Under the pieces are notes generated by a model. The model was not told where the DNA came from. It was given only the letters and a program-made list of their open reading frames with translations, and ran no database searches. Below are positions 1-8,761 of a stretch of 64,000 bases of DNA, piece by piece (positions within the stretch are counted from its first letter, which is position 1; the number at the start of each line of letters is the position of its first letter). Source of the DNA: Opitutia bacterium (GTDB lineage: Bacteria > Verrucomicrobiota > Verrucomicrobiia > Opitutales > T3Sed10-336); contig JBJHCF010000004.1 in assembly GCA_050506795.1 (NCBI GenBank), positions 64,001 through 128,000 on the forward strand, written 5' to 3'. A program made the position numbers and the translations under genes.

Positions 1-647
1 ACGATTACGATGGCTGTATCCTGATTGGAACGACGGCAGACCTTGGTGATTTCGCGGAGTGTGTGCCGGATGTCGGCGTCCTTGTTGATGTCGCCGATAT
101 TCACCTCGCCGAAAGGATCGATGTAGATGACATCGGGTTTGATCAATTCGAGGGTGTCGAGCCACTTCTTTTTGATGTCGTCAGCGCCAAGACAGATAAA
201 GGCGTCGTCGATCTCGCGAACGACGTGAAAGAACGTGTGTGTTCCGACCAGGCGTTTCTGCTCGGGCGTAAGGCCGCGAGTCATCCGTTGGTAATCGTGT
301 TGAAGTCGGTGGATGCTGTTCTCGGTGCCGATTAGAAGGTGGCGTAGCGGTTTTTGATAGGTGGACAGGCCGGCGACGGGCCAGCCGAGGATTTGGGAAA
401 TGGCAATCTGCATCGACAGTCGGCTTTTCCCAGTGCCGCCCTGGCCGACCATGTTCGTCTGCTGTCCGAGGGCAATGACGCCGTCGCCGAGGACGTTTAC
501 CTTCGGCGGGAGCTTGATCGTGTCGAGCTGATCTCCGGTGAAAACCGTGTAGGGCTTCGGCGGAGGGTTGGTCGAGTTCTCGGCGGCGGCGAATTGGGGA
601 TCCTCGGTGGCATCCCAGATTTCTCGTGGTGTTTCTGGCTCGTTCAT
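1..647 (-). CDS. RepA/SF4-type (AAA_25) helicase, runs off the window edge
   Basis: Not in the ORF track; translated by hand from ATG 647 (ATGA overlap with the primase stop): MNEPETPREIW...MVGQGGTGKSRLSMQIA (Walker A)...LIGTENS...PDVIYIDPF (Walker B)...DTAIVIV. Confidence 0.85.
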   Translation of the reverse strand, partial: MNEPETPREIWDATEDPQFAAAENSTNPPPKPYTVFTGDQLDTIKLPPKVNVLGDGVIALGQQTNMVGQGGTGKSRLSMQIAISQILGWPVAGLSTYQKPLRHLLIGTENSIHRLQHDYQRMTRGLTPEQKRLVGTHTFFHVVREIDDAFICLGADDIKKKWLDTLELIKPDVIYIDPFGEVNIGDINKDADIRHTLREITKVCRRSNQDTAIVI

Positions 648-1516
648 GCGTGGGAAATGGGTTCGATGTTGAAATGAAGGATGTCCTGGCGAACTCCGGT
701 ATCGCGTCGACCGCCGGGCAGACGGACCAGTTTGGCAGGATCCCATAGCGTGGGATCGGCCCCGAGAAAGACTGCGTGACGGAAGAAGCGGAGCTTCCCG
801 TATTCGGATAGTCCCTCCACGAGGAACCAGCCGTGCAGGGATTTGCCTCCGGACCAAACGACGAGGATCAGGGGCCTCTGCTTGGAATGAAGCGAGGAAA
901 GGATCGCTGCCTGTTCCCGAAGCGTTCCCCGGTCGAACTCGATAACTTGATACCGACGGCTGCGGGTCGCGTTATCGTGACAGCGCGGAGATGGTTTGCC
1001 GGACTGATTGATTCCGGTGGGTGCCGTCATCGCGTTGGCCACGATGAACTGCATGTTCGATTCGAGGCCGCGCCATTTTTCTCGCGGTTGTGTCTGGGCA
1101 CTGCGGGTGTCGAGCGCGAGGCACAATAGCGCGTCTGTTGGATAGAGGCGGTCAATGACTTCTTCGCTGGTCACATCGACTGGTGTGGACCCGAAAAGAA
1201 TAGGGCCAGCCTTCCGCCGATCCCAGGCATCCTGATTGAAAGGAGGCCACGGCAAGGCGGGTTTGGTCGGTCGCGGTAAAACCGGGCCTCCTGTTTCAAA
1301 CGCCCGCTCGACAGCGCGTGCGATCTCGGGCCGGAAGTCGCGGTCGCCCCATCGAGTGGCGACCGCTTCCAGAACGAGGCGGATCTTTTCCGGCGAGGCG
1401 TAGTGGCGAGCATTTCTTGCGACGGTGAAGAACCAAAGGTTTCGATTGCCGGGAGCGGGAGTCTGCTCAAGGAGTTCGGCTAGGGAGCGTGGTAAAGGAT
1501 CAAGTGTGGCCATCAT
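644..1516 (-). CDS. Archaeo-eukaryotic primase (AEP/RepB'-like)
   Basis: Motifs VIEFD, WSGGKSLHGWF, DPAKLVRLPG. Start reassigned to ATG 1516, which forms an ATGA overlap with the polymerase stop. Confidence 0.75.
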   Translation of the reverse strand: MMATLDPLPRSLAELLEQTPAPGNRNLWFFTVARNARHYASPEKIRLVLEAVATRWGDRDFRPEIARAVERAFETGGPVLPRPTKPALPWPPFNQDAWDRRKAGPILFGSTPVDVTSEEVIDRLYPTDALLCLALDTRSAQTQPREKWRGLESNMQFIVANAMTAPTGINQSGKPSPRCHDNATRSRRYQVIEFDRGTLREQAAILSSLHSKQRPLILVVWSGGKSLHGWFLVEGLSEYGKLRFFRHAVFLGADPTLWDPAKLVRLPGGRRDTGVRQDILHFNIEPISHA

Positions 1517-3348
1517 TTGCAGTAGGTTTGGGTTTCGATGCCTTCGGCAGCCACGGGCAAGCCGGGCATCCATGCTGGTGTCTGGGCGAGCAGGTTGGTC
1601 ACCTGCTCGACACCGATGCCGGAGTCTTCCGGCACTTCGCAGATCACTTCGTCGTGAACTGTCCAAAGGATGCGAATACCCGCGTCATGAATTCGGAGCA
1701 GGCCTTCGGCGAAAACATCCCGTGCGGTAGCCTGGACGAGGTTTTCGGTCAGCTTCCCGCCATACCAATGAAGACGGGGGCCGCCTCGTTCGGTTGCGGC
1801 CGTCAGTCCGTCCTCGTCGGCTACGTCGAAGTAGCGGATAACGCGATGCGACGGCAGGCGCATGTGAAACGTGTGACCAGCGTGGCGGCGCATCGATTCC
1901 TCCAGCGAGGCCCAGAAAGCAACCGTTGCAGGGTTGGCTTTGCGGAAGTCGTTCACCGTCGCCCGGGCCTCGGAATGGGAGATTTCGAGGCCGTAGATCT
2001 TGGCGAGGTTCTTGAAGGTCGCGGCGCCCGCGCCGTAGCCCAAGCCGATGACGCGGCATTTGGCGAGGAGGTAGAGACGGGGGTTTTCCTCCTTGAGCTT
2101 GCCGCCCGTCCACCCCATCGAAACCTCCGCGTGCGCCTGGTAGATAGGCAGGCCGTCGGCAATCTTTTCAAGAAGGTCGCGATCTCCGACCATCCACGCG
2201 AGCACTCGCGGTTCGATCTGCGAGAGGTCGGCGGTGATCAGCTTGTGCCCCGGGCGAGCACGAAGGCAGCGGCGTGGGTCGACGCCGTGAAGCGGCTCGC
2301 GGTTGAAGTTTTGGAAGTTCAATCCCGCGTCTCCGGCCCAGCGGCCGGTGGCGATGGCTCCGAAGTATTTCAGGCTGAAAGGGAGCGTGCTATCGGGGCG
2401 ACACCGGTCGCGCATTGTTTCGAGGAGCCGAAGCATCCGGTTCGACTTTCTCCAGTTGCGGATGTGGCCAATCCATGGAAAGCGTTCGCCGTAGCGATGC
2501 TCCCATTCTTCGCAGGCCGGATCGTCCTCGCTCGTCGAGGGTGGAGGCGGAAGATTGTGCCGCCCACATTCGATGGCGAGAGCCTTCGTGCTGGTCGGCT
2601 TTTCGCGGCCAGCCCACGGGAGAGCCCGTTCTGAATCCGCGCATTGTTGGGCGAGAATCGCAATGCCGGCGTCGACGGCTTTGCGGTCGAGATAAACGCC
2701 ATGCTCGCCCTGCTCCACTGTGAGACGCGAAAGACGCCGTTCCTGAGCGGGCCAGTGAAGCGAATACCCAAGCCATAGATCGCATGCGAGCTTGGCGTCT
2801 TCGAGCGCGTAGCCGAGAAGCTGGTCGTCCTGGAGCAAAGTGCGCGATTGGAGCCAATCGGTTCCCTTCATTGCTTTGCGAATGGCCTTGTTTGGCTTCC
2901 GTCCCAGAAGGTGCTGAGCAGCACCCTCCAGATTACGCGGGGCCTGGAGATAGACCGCGAGAGCGGCCGTGTCGTGCCATTCCCGCGGGGCGACATCAGC
3001 CGGGGCGATTCCGAGCTCCTGGAGCCGGGAGAAGACGGCCCGGTCGAAGCGGCTGTTGTGCGACACCCAAATGCACCCGGAGAATTCGTGCCATGGGCAT
3101 TCCTTTGGGTGACCAACGAATTGACCGTGAGGTCCCCAAAAAGAGACCAGGTAGCAATCGAATTTCTTGTCGGCGACGTAGCGGTCGACGCCAACGGCCT
3201 TCAGGTCGTAGCCCTTGCAATAGAAGGTCTCGGTGTCGAAACCGTAGACCCTATTGTCGGTAGCTGTAACCATATTCGGACCAGAGGTCCGTGATGGCAG
3301 ACTCAATTCCATCTGCGGCGAGGGTGTGAAGTTGGTGGAAGCGTTCAT
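1513..3348 (-). CDS. Phage-type family A DNA polymerase with 3'-5' exonuclease and no 5'-3' exonuclease
   Basis: ExoI FDTET, ExoII HNSRFD, ExoIII YALED; TGRW; motif A ADLSQIEPR; motif B AKCRVIGLGYG; ENLVQATARD; motif C VHDEV. Confidence 0.93.
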   Translation of the reverse strand: MNASTNFTPSPQMELSLPSRTSGPNMVTATDNRVYGFDTETFYCKGYDLKAVGVDRYVADKKFDCYLVSFWGPHGQFVGHPKECPWHEFSGCIWVSHNSRFDRAVFSRLQELGIAPADVAPREWHDTAALAVYLQAPRNLEGAAQHLLGRKPNKAIRKAMKGTDWLQSRTLLQDDQLLGYALEDAKLACDLWLGYSLHWPAQERRLSRLTVEQGEHGVYLDRKAVDAGIAILAQQCADSERALPWAGREKPTSTKALAIECGRHNLPPPPSTSEDDPACEEWEHRYGERFPWIGHIRNWRKSNRMLRLLETMRDRCRPDSTLPFSLKYFGAIATGRWAGDAGLNFQNFNREPLHGVDPRRCLRARPGHKLITADLSQIEPRVLAWMVGDRDLLEKIADGLPIYQAHAEVSMGWTGGKLKEENPRLYLLAKCRVIGLGYGAGAATFKNLAKIYGLEISHSEARATVNDFRKANPATVAFWASLEESMRRHAGHTFHMRLPSHRVIRYFDVADEDGLTAATERGGPRLHWYGGKLTENLVQATARDVFAEGLLRIHDAGIRILWTVHDEVICEVPEDSGIGVEQVTNLLAQTPAWMPGLPVAAEGIETQTYCK

Positions 3349-3354
3349 CGCAGG

Positions 3355-3579
3355 TTACCTTTTCCGGGGGTTGACGGTGCAATTTTCCTCCAGCGCCTGC
3401 CGGACGTTCGCCACGTCGAAGCGAACGAGGTGTCCGATTTTGACGTAAGGAATTTTCCTTTGCGCCTGCATCTGGCGAACCCAACGCAAGGAGGGTCTGC
3501 TGGTTTCGTCGAAAAGGGCTTCGAGGAGCCCGTGAGCGTCTACGAGTTTGGTCGATGGAATGTTGGTCGAAGTATTCAT
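3355..3579 (-). CDS. Excisionase-like small HTH protein
   Basis: 74 aa with SLRWVRQMQAQRKIPYVKIGHLVRFD, a typical Xis/HTH_17 winged-helix pattern. Confidence 0.75.
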   Translation of the reverse strand: MNTSTNIPSTKLVDAHGLLEALFDETSRPSLRWVRQMQAQRKIPYVKIGHLVRFDVANVRQALEENCTVNPRKR

Positions 3580-3696
3580 GATCTGGTGTCATTTATGAGA
3601 AAGTGATGAGTGGTTGGCGGTGGTCCCGATCACCCCCCGGCGTATGCCGGAGGATGACGGGCGTTCACCTATAGTCGGCGATACAACCAGCGGGCG

Positions 3697-3984
3697 TTAC
3701 AGCCGCAGGAAGTCGTCCGAATGAACGAGGATCCAGAAGCCGGGGCGGTTGCGTTCGGAGAGGCAAACGACCGGCGTTTTCTTTTCGGGAGTCGCGAGTT
3801 TCTTCGCCTCGTCCCAGGTGCGAATCGCGGCGAAGCGTTCACGCTGCTTACACTCGATGAAGAGCGTCGGGTGAAGCGTGTCGGAGCGGGTGAGCTTCGA
3901 GTTGCCTCCCGAGAGCGCGTTCCGCTCGGTCTTGAAGAACCTGGCGACGCGGCGCTCGAATGCCTTCCAGCACTTATCGGCCAT
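3697..3984 (-). CDS. Hjc-like Holliday junction resolvase / small PD-(D/E)xK nuclease
   Basis: KAFERRVA...SD...FIECK pattern. ATG 3984 is preceded by a GGAGG RBS and overlaps the upstream stop. Confidence 0.7.
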   Translation of the reverse strand: MADKCWKAFERRVARFFKTERNALSGGNSKLTRSDTLHPTLFIECKQRERFAAIRTWDEAKKLATPEKKTPVVCLSERNRPGFWILVHSDDFLRL

Positions 3985-4798
3985 TGGGTGCCTCCCTCCC
4001 GTGCGAGCGTGGATCGTATCCCTTCTGGTGGCGCCACATGGCGCATGCCATTTTGAATACTTCCCATTCAGCGAGGAGCTGCCGGGGCCCGTAGCTGACA
4101 ACCTCGACGCGGCCCGGCTCCGTTGTGCTGATGAACACGTTCGCGCCGTAGAGGCGTCCGAGGTTTTCTTCGCCCCAGTAAGTCGCGCCGTAGGCGGCGA
4201 TCTGCATTGCCTGCCCGTCGTAGGCGGTCACGGCGAGGCCGGGTTTGGTTTTGCGCGTCTTGAAGTCGATCACGCCAATCCCGTTGGTGCCGTAGCGGCA
4301 GGCGACATCCATTGTTCCGGCGAAGCCTTCCCTTTGGTTGACGAGGCAGAGCTCGCGCTCGACGAACTGGATCTGTTTGGCTTGCTGCCACGCGATCACC
4401 GGGCTGGTGTAGACTTCCAGATCCGGCGGGACCGGGACGCCGTCGAAGTGCTTTTCGAGAGCGTCATGGATCCGACTGCCGAGATCGGCGGCCTGCTCGA
4501 CCTGGGCGAAGGCTTCCTCGATGATGCGGTCGGCGAGATAGTCGTCGCTTTCGCCCTCGGTGCGGTTGAGCCGCATCGAGGCCAACGCGACCTGCTTCAT
4601 CTTCCACTTGTCGAGTTGTGGCTTGGCAAAAATCCCGAGGATCGAAGTGACGCTCGGATAGAGCCCGAGGCGTTTCGCGTCGCGGATCGTCGTCGGCCGG
4701 AGCCCATCACCGCCCGCCTTGGGCAGGCGGTGACAGGGCGTTCCGTCGGCTTTATACCAGTGCGAGGACTGGACTTGGTCTTTCTTGAGAACGGCCAT
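3974..4798 (-). CDS. Phage PD-(D/E)xK exonuclease (RecB-like)
   Basis: PSVTSIL, GSRIH, VEREL, AGTMD, IDFKT, QIAAY motifs. Confidence 0.85.
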   Translation of the reverse strand: MAVLKKDQVQSSHWYKADGTPCHRLPKAGGDGLRPTTIRDAKRLGLYPSVTSILGIFAKPQLDKWKMKQVALASMRLNRTEGESDDYLADRIIEEAFAQVEQAADLGSRIHDALEKHFDGVPVPPDLEVYTSPVIAWQQAKQIQFVERELCLVNQREGFAGTMDVACRYGTNGIGVIDFKTRKTKPGLAVTAYDGQAMQIAAYGATYWGEENLGRLYGANVFISTTEPGRVEVVSYGPRQLLAEWEVFKMACAMWRHQKGYDPRSHGREAPNGR

Positions 4799-4815
4799 GG
4801 TCGATTTCCTCCGGG

Positions 4816-5382
4816 TCAGAACGGGCAGTTATCGTCGGAATCGACTTCCGGGTTCCACGCGGCGTGAGGCGCGGGAGCCGGAGTCGCTTGTGGGGCCGGG
4901 ACGGCAGGCGTCTGCGGTGTCACCGGAGCCTTGGCGAAGGCCGCGAGCGGAAGGACCTGGCTCTTCAGCTGGTCGATCACCGGAGCAATGCCAACGATGT
5001 TGGCGAAGGTCCGGGTGCCGTCGCGGGAGGTCTTTTGGCCGACCGTGATCATCGCGCCCGCGCCCTTCAACTCGCAGTAGTCCCAGCCGTATTTCGGCGG
5101 GTGGCCGAGCCATGCGGTGAGGAACTTGAAGAGGTTCGACTTCGGCGATCCCGAAATGCGAAACTCGTGGGTCTGCACCCTGTAAATGCGGCCGTCCTGG
5201 CCGCGAAAGCCGAAGAGGAAACGGGTAATGTCGAGCGTTTCCTTCTCAGCAGGATTTTCGAACTTTGGGCGCTCAACGCCGAACTGGTCCTGGATTTCCA
5301 GGCATGTCGCGATTGAGGGCCCGGAGGGGGCGACTTCGGTGATGTCGAACCCGCTCGATTCTGGTTGTTTGAGTAGTGCCAT
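4816..5382 (-). CDS. Putative single-stranded DNA-binding protein, phage type
   Basis: Beta-rich core, Pro/Ala linker and acidic tail DSDDNCPF resembling the SSB DDDIPF tip; adjacent to the exonuclease. Confidence 0.65.
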   Translation of the reverse strand: MALLKQPESSGFDITEVAPSGPSIATCLEIQDQFGVERPKFENPAEKETLDITRFLFGFRGQDGRIYRVQTHEFRISGSPKSNLFKFLTAWLGHPPKYGWDYCELKGAGAMITVGQKTSRDGTRTFANIVGIAPVIDQLKSQVLPLAAFAKAPVTPQTPAVPAPQATPAPAPHAAWNPEVDSDDNCPF

Positions 5383-5467
5383 GATGATTTTGATTCATCA
5401 GGCAGACTCTCCATTGCTCGGGCGTCGTGCCGTCGCTTCCCGGTGAATCTGCCTTCACCGGAAAGGC

Positions 5468-5505
5468 GCTACTTTTGGAGTAGCAAATGCTACTTTTGGG
5501 GTAGC
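5468..5505. promoter_or_regulatory. Tandem palindromic operator-like sites GCTAC-N7-GTAGC
   Basis: GCTACTTTTGGAGTAGC (5468-5484) and GCTACTTTTGGGGTAGC (5489-5505), 21 bp apart, upstream of the replication operon. Confidence 0.65.
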
Positions 5506-5508
5506 ATT

Positions 5509-6807
5509 TTATTTTTTCTGAAAAAATTTCACGCGCCAGACCTCCCCGAGGGCGGGGGTGTATGTGAACTCATTTCCTTTGCGAACGCGGGGCGAAATGT
5601 ATTTTGCAGCGGGGGCGCAACGGGATTCGAGCGCGGCCAGAGCGACGTTGAGCGCTTTCGTGACGGCTTTGCGGGCACGTTCGTGGCGGCTGTCGACGCG
5701 GAGGCGCCGGCCTTTTCCCGTCACCTTGCGAAGATGGGCGCGGATTTCATCGAGTTCGGCTTCGATCTCGTCGGCCTCCATTTCGCGACCGGCGTCGCGG
5801 GCATCGTCAGCGGCGGCCTTCAGCTCGGCCACTTTGCGGGCGTAGGCAAGCTGGGCGGAGCGATCCGTCGCGGCGATGCCGCCGTCCCCTTCGGCGCTGG
5901 CAGCGAGCCCTTCGAGAGATGCAGTGACCGGTTCGGCGGGATCGAGATCCTCTTGCAGGTCGATCGGGCTGAAGGAGAGATCCGGTTGGTTGAGTAGCCG
6001 GGCGAGATACTGCATGCCGCGCATGTCGGGAATCGTTCCGTGGTGCCCCAGAAAGTTCATGCGCCACGTCGCTCCCTCGCAGGTCAGGGCGTATTCGGGC
6101 GGCGGTTCCTCCACTGCATTGAAGTCCGACAGGGACTCAGCCGGAGCGAACGAGGCACATAGCTCCCGCCATGCGGCGAGAAAGGAGTCTGTAGCGGCGA
6201 GGCCGCGGGGACCGAGCTCGAAGCCGCCGTCGAGGGCGAGCGGACGGCATCCTTTGCGTTGCAGAAGCGCGGCTACGTCAGGCGTGAGGTGCCGGAGGGT
6301 CGGGCTGAGGAGGATGAACGGAAAACGGTCCGCAAGGATCTGCCGTTCGACGAACGTTTTGAAATCCTGTGGATTGGATTGCCGGGTAAAAAGAATTTGC
6401 ACGGGAGCGGAAGCGGTTCCTGGAAGATTCCCCAGAAAGAGAGACGCTCCAGGCAGGCCGAGCGGGGTGGGATTGAACGGGAGTCGGAGAATCTTTCCCA
6501 CTTCCTCCATGATTCTCCGGTCCTGAGGTTCGTAACGGATCAGTTCGGCACGTTCGAATGAACGGCGGGGGCAGCGGCCTTCGTCGCAGATGCCGACGAG
6601 AGAGCCGTCCTGGTGCTCGACGATGCGATAGTTGCAGGCTGTCTGGCGACTGCGCTCGCAGGAAGCAATCGGCGACAGCCCCGGCACTGGCGCAAGGTAG
6701 CGCTGCATGAGGGGAAACTCGTCGCCGAGGGCGAGCTTCCAGACCGGCTCGCGGATCGGCCCGAGCCGCACATCAAGACATTTCCAAAACAAACTCTTGC
6801 TGCTCAT
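5509..6807 (-). CDS. Hypothetical protein with probable C-terminal DNA-binding domain
   Basis: C-terminus GMQYLARLL..P / ERARKAVTKAL...RVRKGNEFTYTP resembles HTH tails of transcription regulators; N-terminal Cys cluster (C...C...CDEGRC). Start uncertain (6807 or 6834). Confidence 0.6.
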   Translation of the reverse strand: MSSKSLFWKCLDVRLGPIREPVWKLALGDEFPLMQRYLAPVPGLSPIASCERSRQTACNYRIVEHQDGSLVGICDEGRCPRRSFERAELIRYEPQDRRIMEEVGKILRLPFNPTPLGLPGASLFLGNLPGTASAPVQILFTRQSNPQDFKTFVERQILADRFPFILLSPTLRHLTPDVAALLQRKGCRPLALDGGFELGPRGLAATDSFLAAWRELCASFAPAESLSDFNAVEEPPPEYALTCEGATWRMNFLGHHGTIPDMRGMQYLARLLNQPDLSFSPIDLQEDLDPAEPVTASLEGLAASAEGDGGIAATDRSAQLAYARKVAELKAAADDARDAGREMEADEIEAELDEIRAHLRKVTGKGRRLRVDSRHERARKAVTKALNVALAALESRCAPAAKYISPRVRKGNEFTYTPALGEVWRVKFFQKK

Positions 6808-7966
6808 GACCGGTAACCATTCCTCGTTCGACAAATCCGCGACGCATCAGCCATTCCTCGATCAGTTGGCTATCGTCGTCCCGCGTGTAGAGGGCGACAT
6901 TGGTCGGCTTGATCGTCACTGAGCGTGGCGTTGGGTTGTCCCGGAACCGGACCTTGAACGTCGCCTGGAGGAGGCGAGCCAGCGGCGGGATCTGAAATTC
7001 CCGTGACGCCATGGCATTGAAGAGGTCTTCGGCTTTATGGCTGCGGACTTCCCTTTCGAGATCTTCCAGTGCGTATTCCAGCTTCACGAGGCGGACCCAA
7101 TTCAGGCCGGGAACATCCACGCACTCGACCGAGGACGCGGCGTCGCGGCGGATCGGATCGAGGGTGTATTTGTTCGTTTCCGGAAAGTAATTCTCGCGGC
7201 CGAACAGCTCCAGGCTGAAAGTTGTGCGGTAGCGGTCGCGAAGCGTCGGCGTCCTGGCATTGATGCGAATTTCATTCGTCAGGCCGTCGAAGACCAGGAC
7301 GTCAAATTTCTCCGGCCGGAACAGGACGGAAGCGGCGCTGCCGTCGTCGGCGACGGTCGACTCACGCCGGTAACAGTCTCCGTGGCGGATCAGAAACCAC
7401 GTTTCGTGGTTGCGGGTGTAGGTGAAGATCCGGCAACCGGTCCCCATCCGACGCTTTTGAAACCAGACGTCGAGGGAGCGTTCGATCGCTTTGATCTGCG
7501 CATCGCCAGGTGGTTCGAATGCTTCTCCGCCTCCTCCCTCGGCACTGAAATACTCAAAGGCGCGGGCACGGAGTGGGAGTCGCTCGTAATGAACCGCCTT
7601 CGCTGCCGCCGGATCTACAATATACAGGAGCATCGCGGCCTCGGCGGCAGTGGCGTCGTTGGGCAATTGGAGGCCGGCGTTCTGACAGGCCTCATAGACG
7701 GCGTCTGCCGCATCGAGGGTGGCCAGCTCGCTGACGCAAAAGATGGCATCGATCAGCTCGCGGGGCGTTTCTTCGCTTGGGGACAGAAAGGTTTGGGTGA
7801 TGGCAGGGAGAACATTGGAATTCTCTGGGGCAGAAAGAGCATCCAGCTCAATCTGACGGGAATCGAAAAACCCCCGGTAGGGATCGAAAAACCTCCGTAA
7901 GGTTTCGCGATTTGTGGAGTGGAGCGCCTTGGGACGCGTGAAGATCAGGGAACTGAATGAGGACAT
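6773..7966 (-). CDS. Conserved hypothetical protein of prophage-like elements
   Basis: About 397 aa, overlapping the next gene; FLIRHG, FRPEKFDVLVFD, KYTLDP, RSVTIKP, EEWLMRRGF blocks recalled from an uncharacterised prophage family. Confidence 0.65.
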   Translation of the reverse strand: MSSFSSLIFTRPKALHSTNRETLRRFFDPYRGFFDSRQIELDALSAPENSNVLPAITQTFLSPSEETPRELIDAIFCVSELATLDAADAVYEACQNAGLQLPNDATAAEAAMLLYIVDPAAAKAVHYERLPLRARAFEYFSAEGGGGEAFEPPGDAQIKAIERSLDVWFQKRRMGTGCRIFTYTRNHETWFLIRHGDCYRRESTVADDGSAASVLFRPEKFDVLVFDGLTNEIRINARTPTLRDRYRTTFSLELFGRENYFPETNKYTLDPIRRDAASSVECVDVPGLNWVRLVKLEYALEDLEREVRSHKAEDLFNAMASREFQIPPLARLLQATFKVRFRDNPTPRSVTIKPTNVALYTRDDDSQLIEEWLMRRGFVERGMVTGHEQQEFVLEMS

Positions 7967-8197
7967 TGCCAAGCTGCTTCAAAAACCGTCCGGTCCTCTG
8001 ACACTCGCACCGCCCGTCAGCTTCGCGGGGCCGGCCCAATGGCCTCTGGATCAGCCAGACCCAGGGCGGAAAGTCACCTCGTCCGCCAGCGGCAATCCGT
8101 AGCCTCCGTTCCCTGGACGGGAGGGGTGGCGACTGCGGATCGCATTTGCCAAGGAAAACAAGGGATCTCGAAAGTTCCAGAAAAAAAGCGAGGATTC

Positions 8198-8228
8198 TTG
8201 ACACTCCCGGGCGCTCCGGTGATAGATC
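8198..8228 (+). promoter_or_regulatory. Possible sigma70 promoter of the metal operon
   Basis: Perfect TTGACA at 8198-8203; only a weak TGnTAGATC -10 match with long spacing. Confidence 0.3.
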
Positions 8229-8238
8229 TTCTTTTGAA

Positions 8239-8661
8239 ATGCGTCGCCTTGGGATGATAGTCCTTTCATTGCTATTCTCGGCTCTAGCGTTGGTTGGGGG
8301 TGCCGAGGGAGCGATGCTGTGTCTTCATCAGGCAGGGGCGGTTCACTTGGGGGCTGCGCCCATTGAGAGGGGCGGCGGGGAAGCGGGGTGCGTCAACGAG
8401 CTTGGCGAAGCCTGCGACCGAAGCGCGGAGCACCCGTGCGACTGGTGCGTCGATGTGGAGATTCGGGGGATCGATCTGGCTCAGCTTCGTTTGGATGAAT
8501 CTGTCGAAGTGACGGTCCCCGTGGCGGCAACGGGGGAAATGGTCTCCGCCGTCGAATGGGGCTTGCCATCCGCTGTACTCTTGAATTGCGCCCCTGCGCG
8601 TGCGCCTCCTGCCCTTTCCGAGGCGTTGATCGTCGCCAAGACGACGGTTCTGCTTTTGTGA
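8239..8661 (+). CDS. CzcI/DUF2946-like exported Cys/His-rich leader with RAPP motif
   Basis: ATG 8239; signal-peptide-like N-terminus MRRLGMIVLSLLFSALALVG; LCLHQAGAVH and HPCDWCVD; RAPP at 8599-8610; first gene before czcC. Confidence 0.7.
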   Translation: MRRLGMIVLSLLFSALALVGGAEGAMLCLHQAGAVHLGAAPIERGGGEAGCVNELGEACDRSAEHPCDWCVDVEIRGIDLAQLRLDESVEVTVPVAATGEMVSAVEWGLPSAVLLNCAPARAPPALSEALIVAKTTVLLL

Positions 8662-8760
8662 GTTCCTGAATTCGGGTTTGAGCGGCCTTTTACCCAAGGC
8701 CGTTTTCCAACTGCTTCGGCGTATCGACGCCGGATCTTTCTCCGAATCCAGGAACTTTTT
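8661..8760 (+). promoter_or_regulatory. Three-way-junction cis RNA structure occluding the czcC RBS
   Basis: 8661-8675 pairs with 8742-8756 (14/15); inner hairpins at 8682-8703 and 8715-8734; U-run follows; CAGGA SD-like sequence lies in the 3' arm. Confidence 0.65.
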
Positions 8761-8761
8761 C

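Noticed and set aside
63..677. Plus-strand ORFs 63-335 and 354-677
   Set aside because: Antisense to the helicase read by hand on the minus strand.
1489..2634. 381-aa plus-strand ORF and similar long ORFs (3878-4867, 7037-7900, 19191-20636, 25918-27942, 28188-29249, 47886-49547, 60487-61866)
   Set aside because: Antisense shadows of well-supported genes in high-GC DNA; no recognisable motifs.
3974..4798. Cas4 / CRISPR association
   Set aside because: Lacks the four-Cys Fe-S pattern; no cas genes or repeat-spacer array seen in the window.
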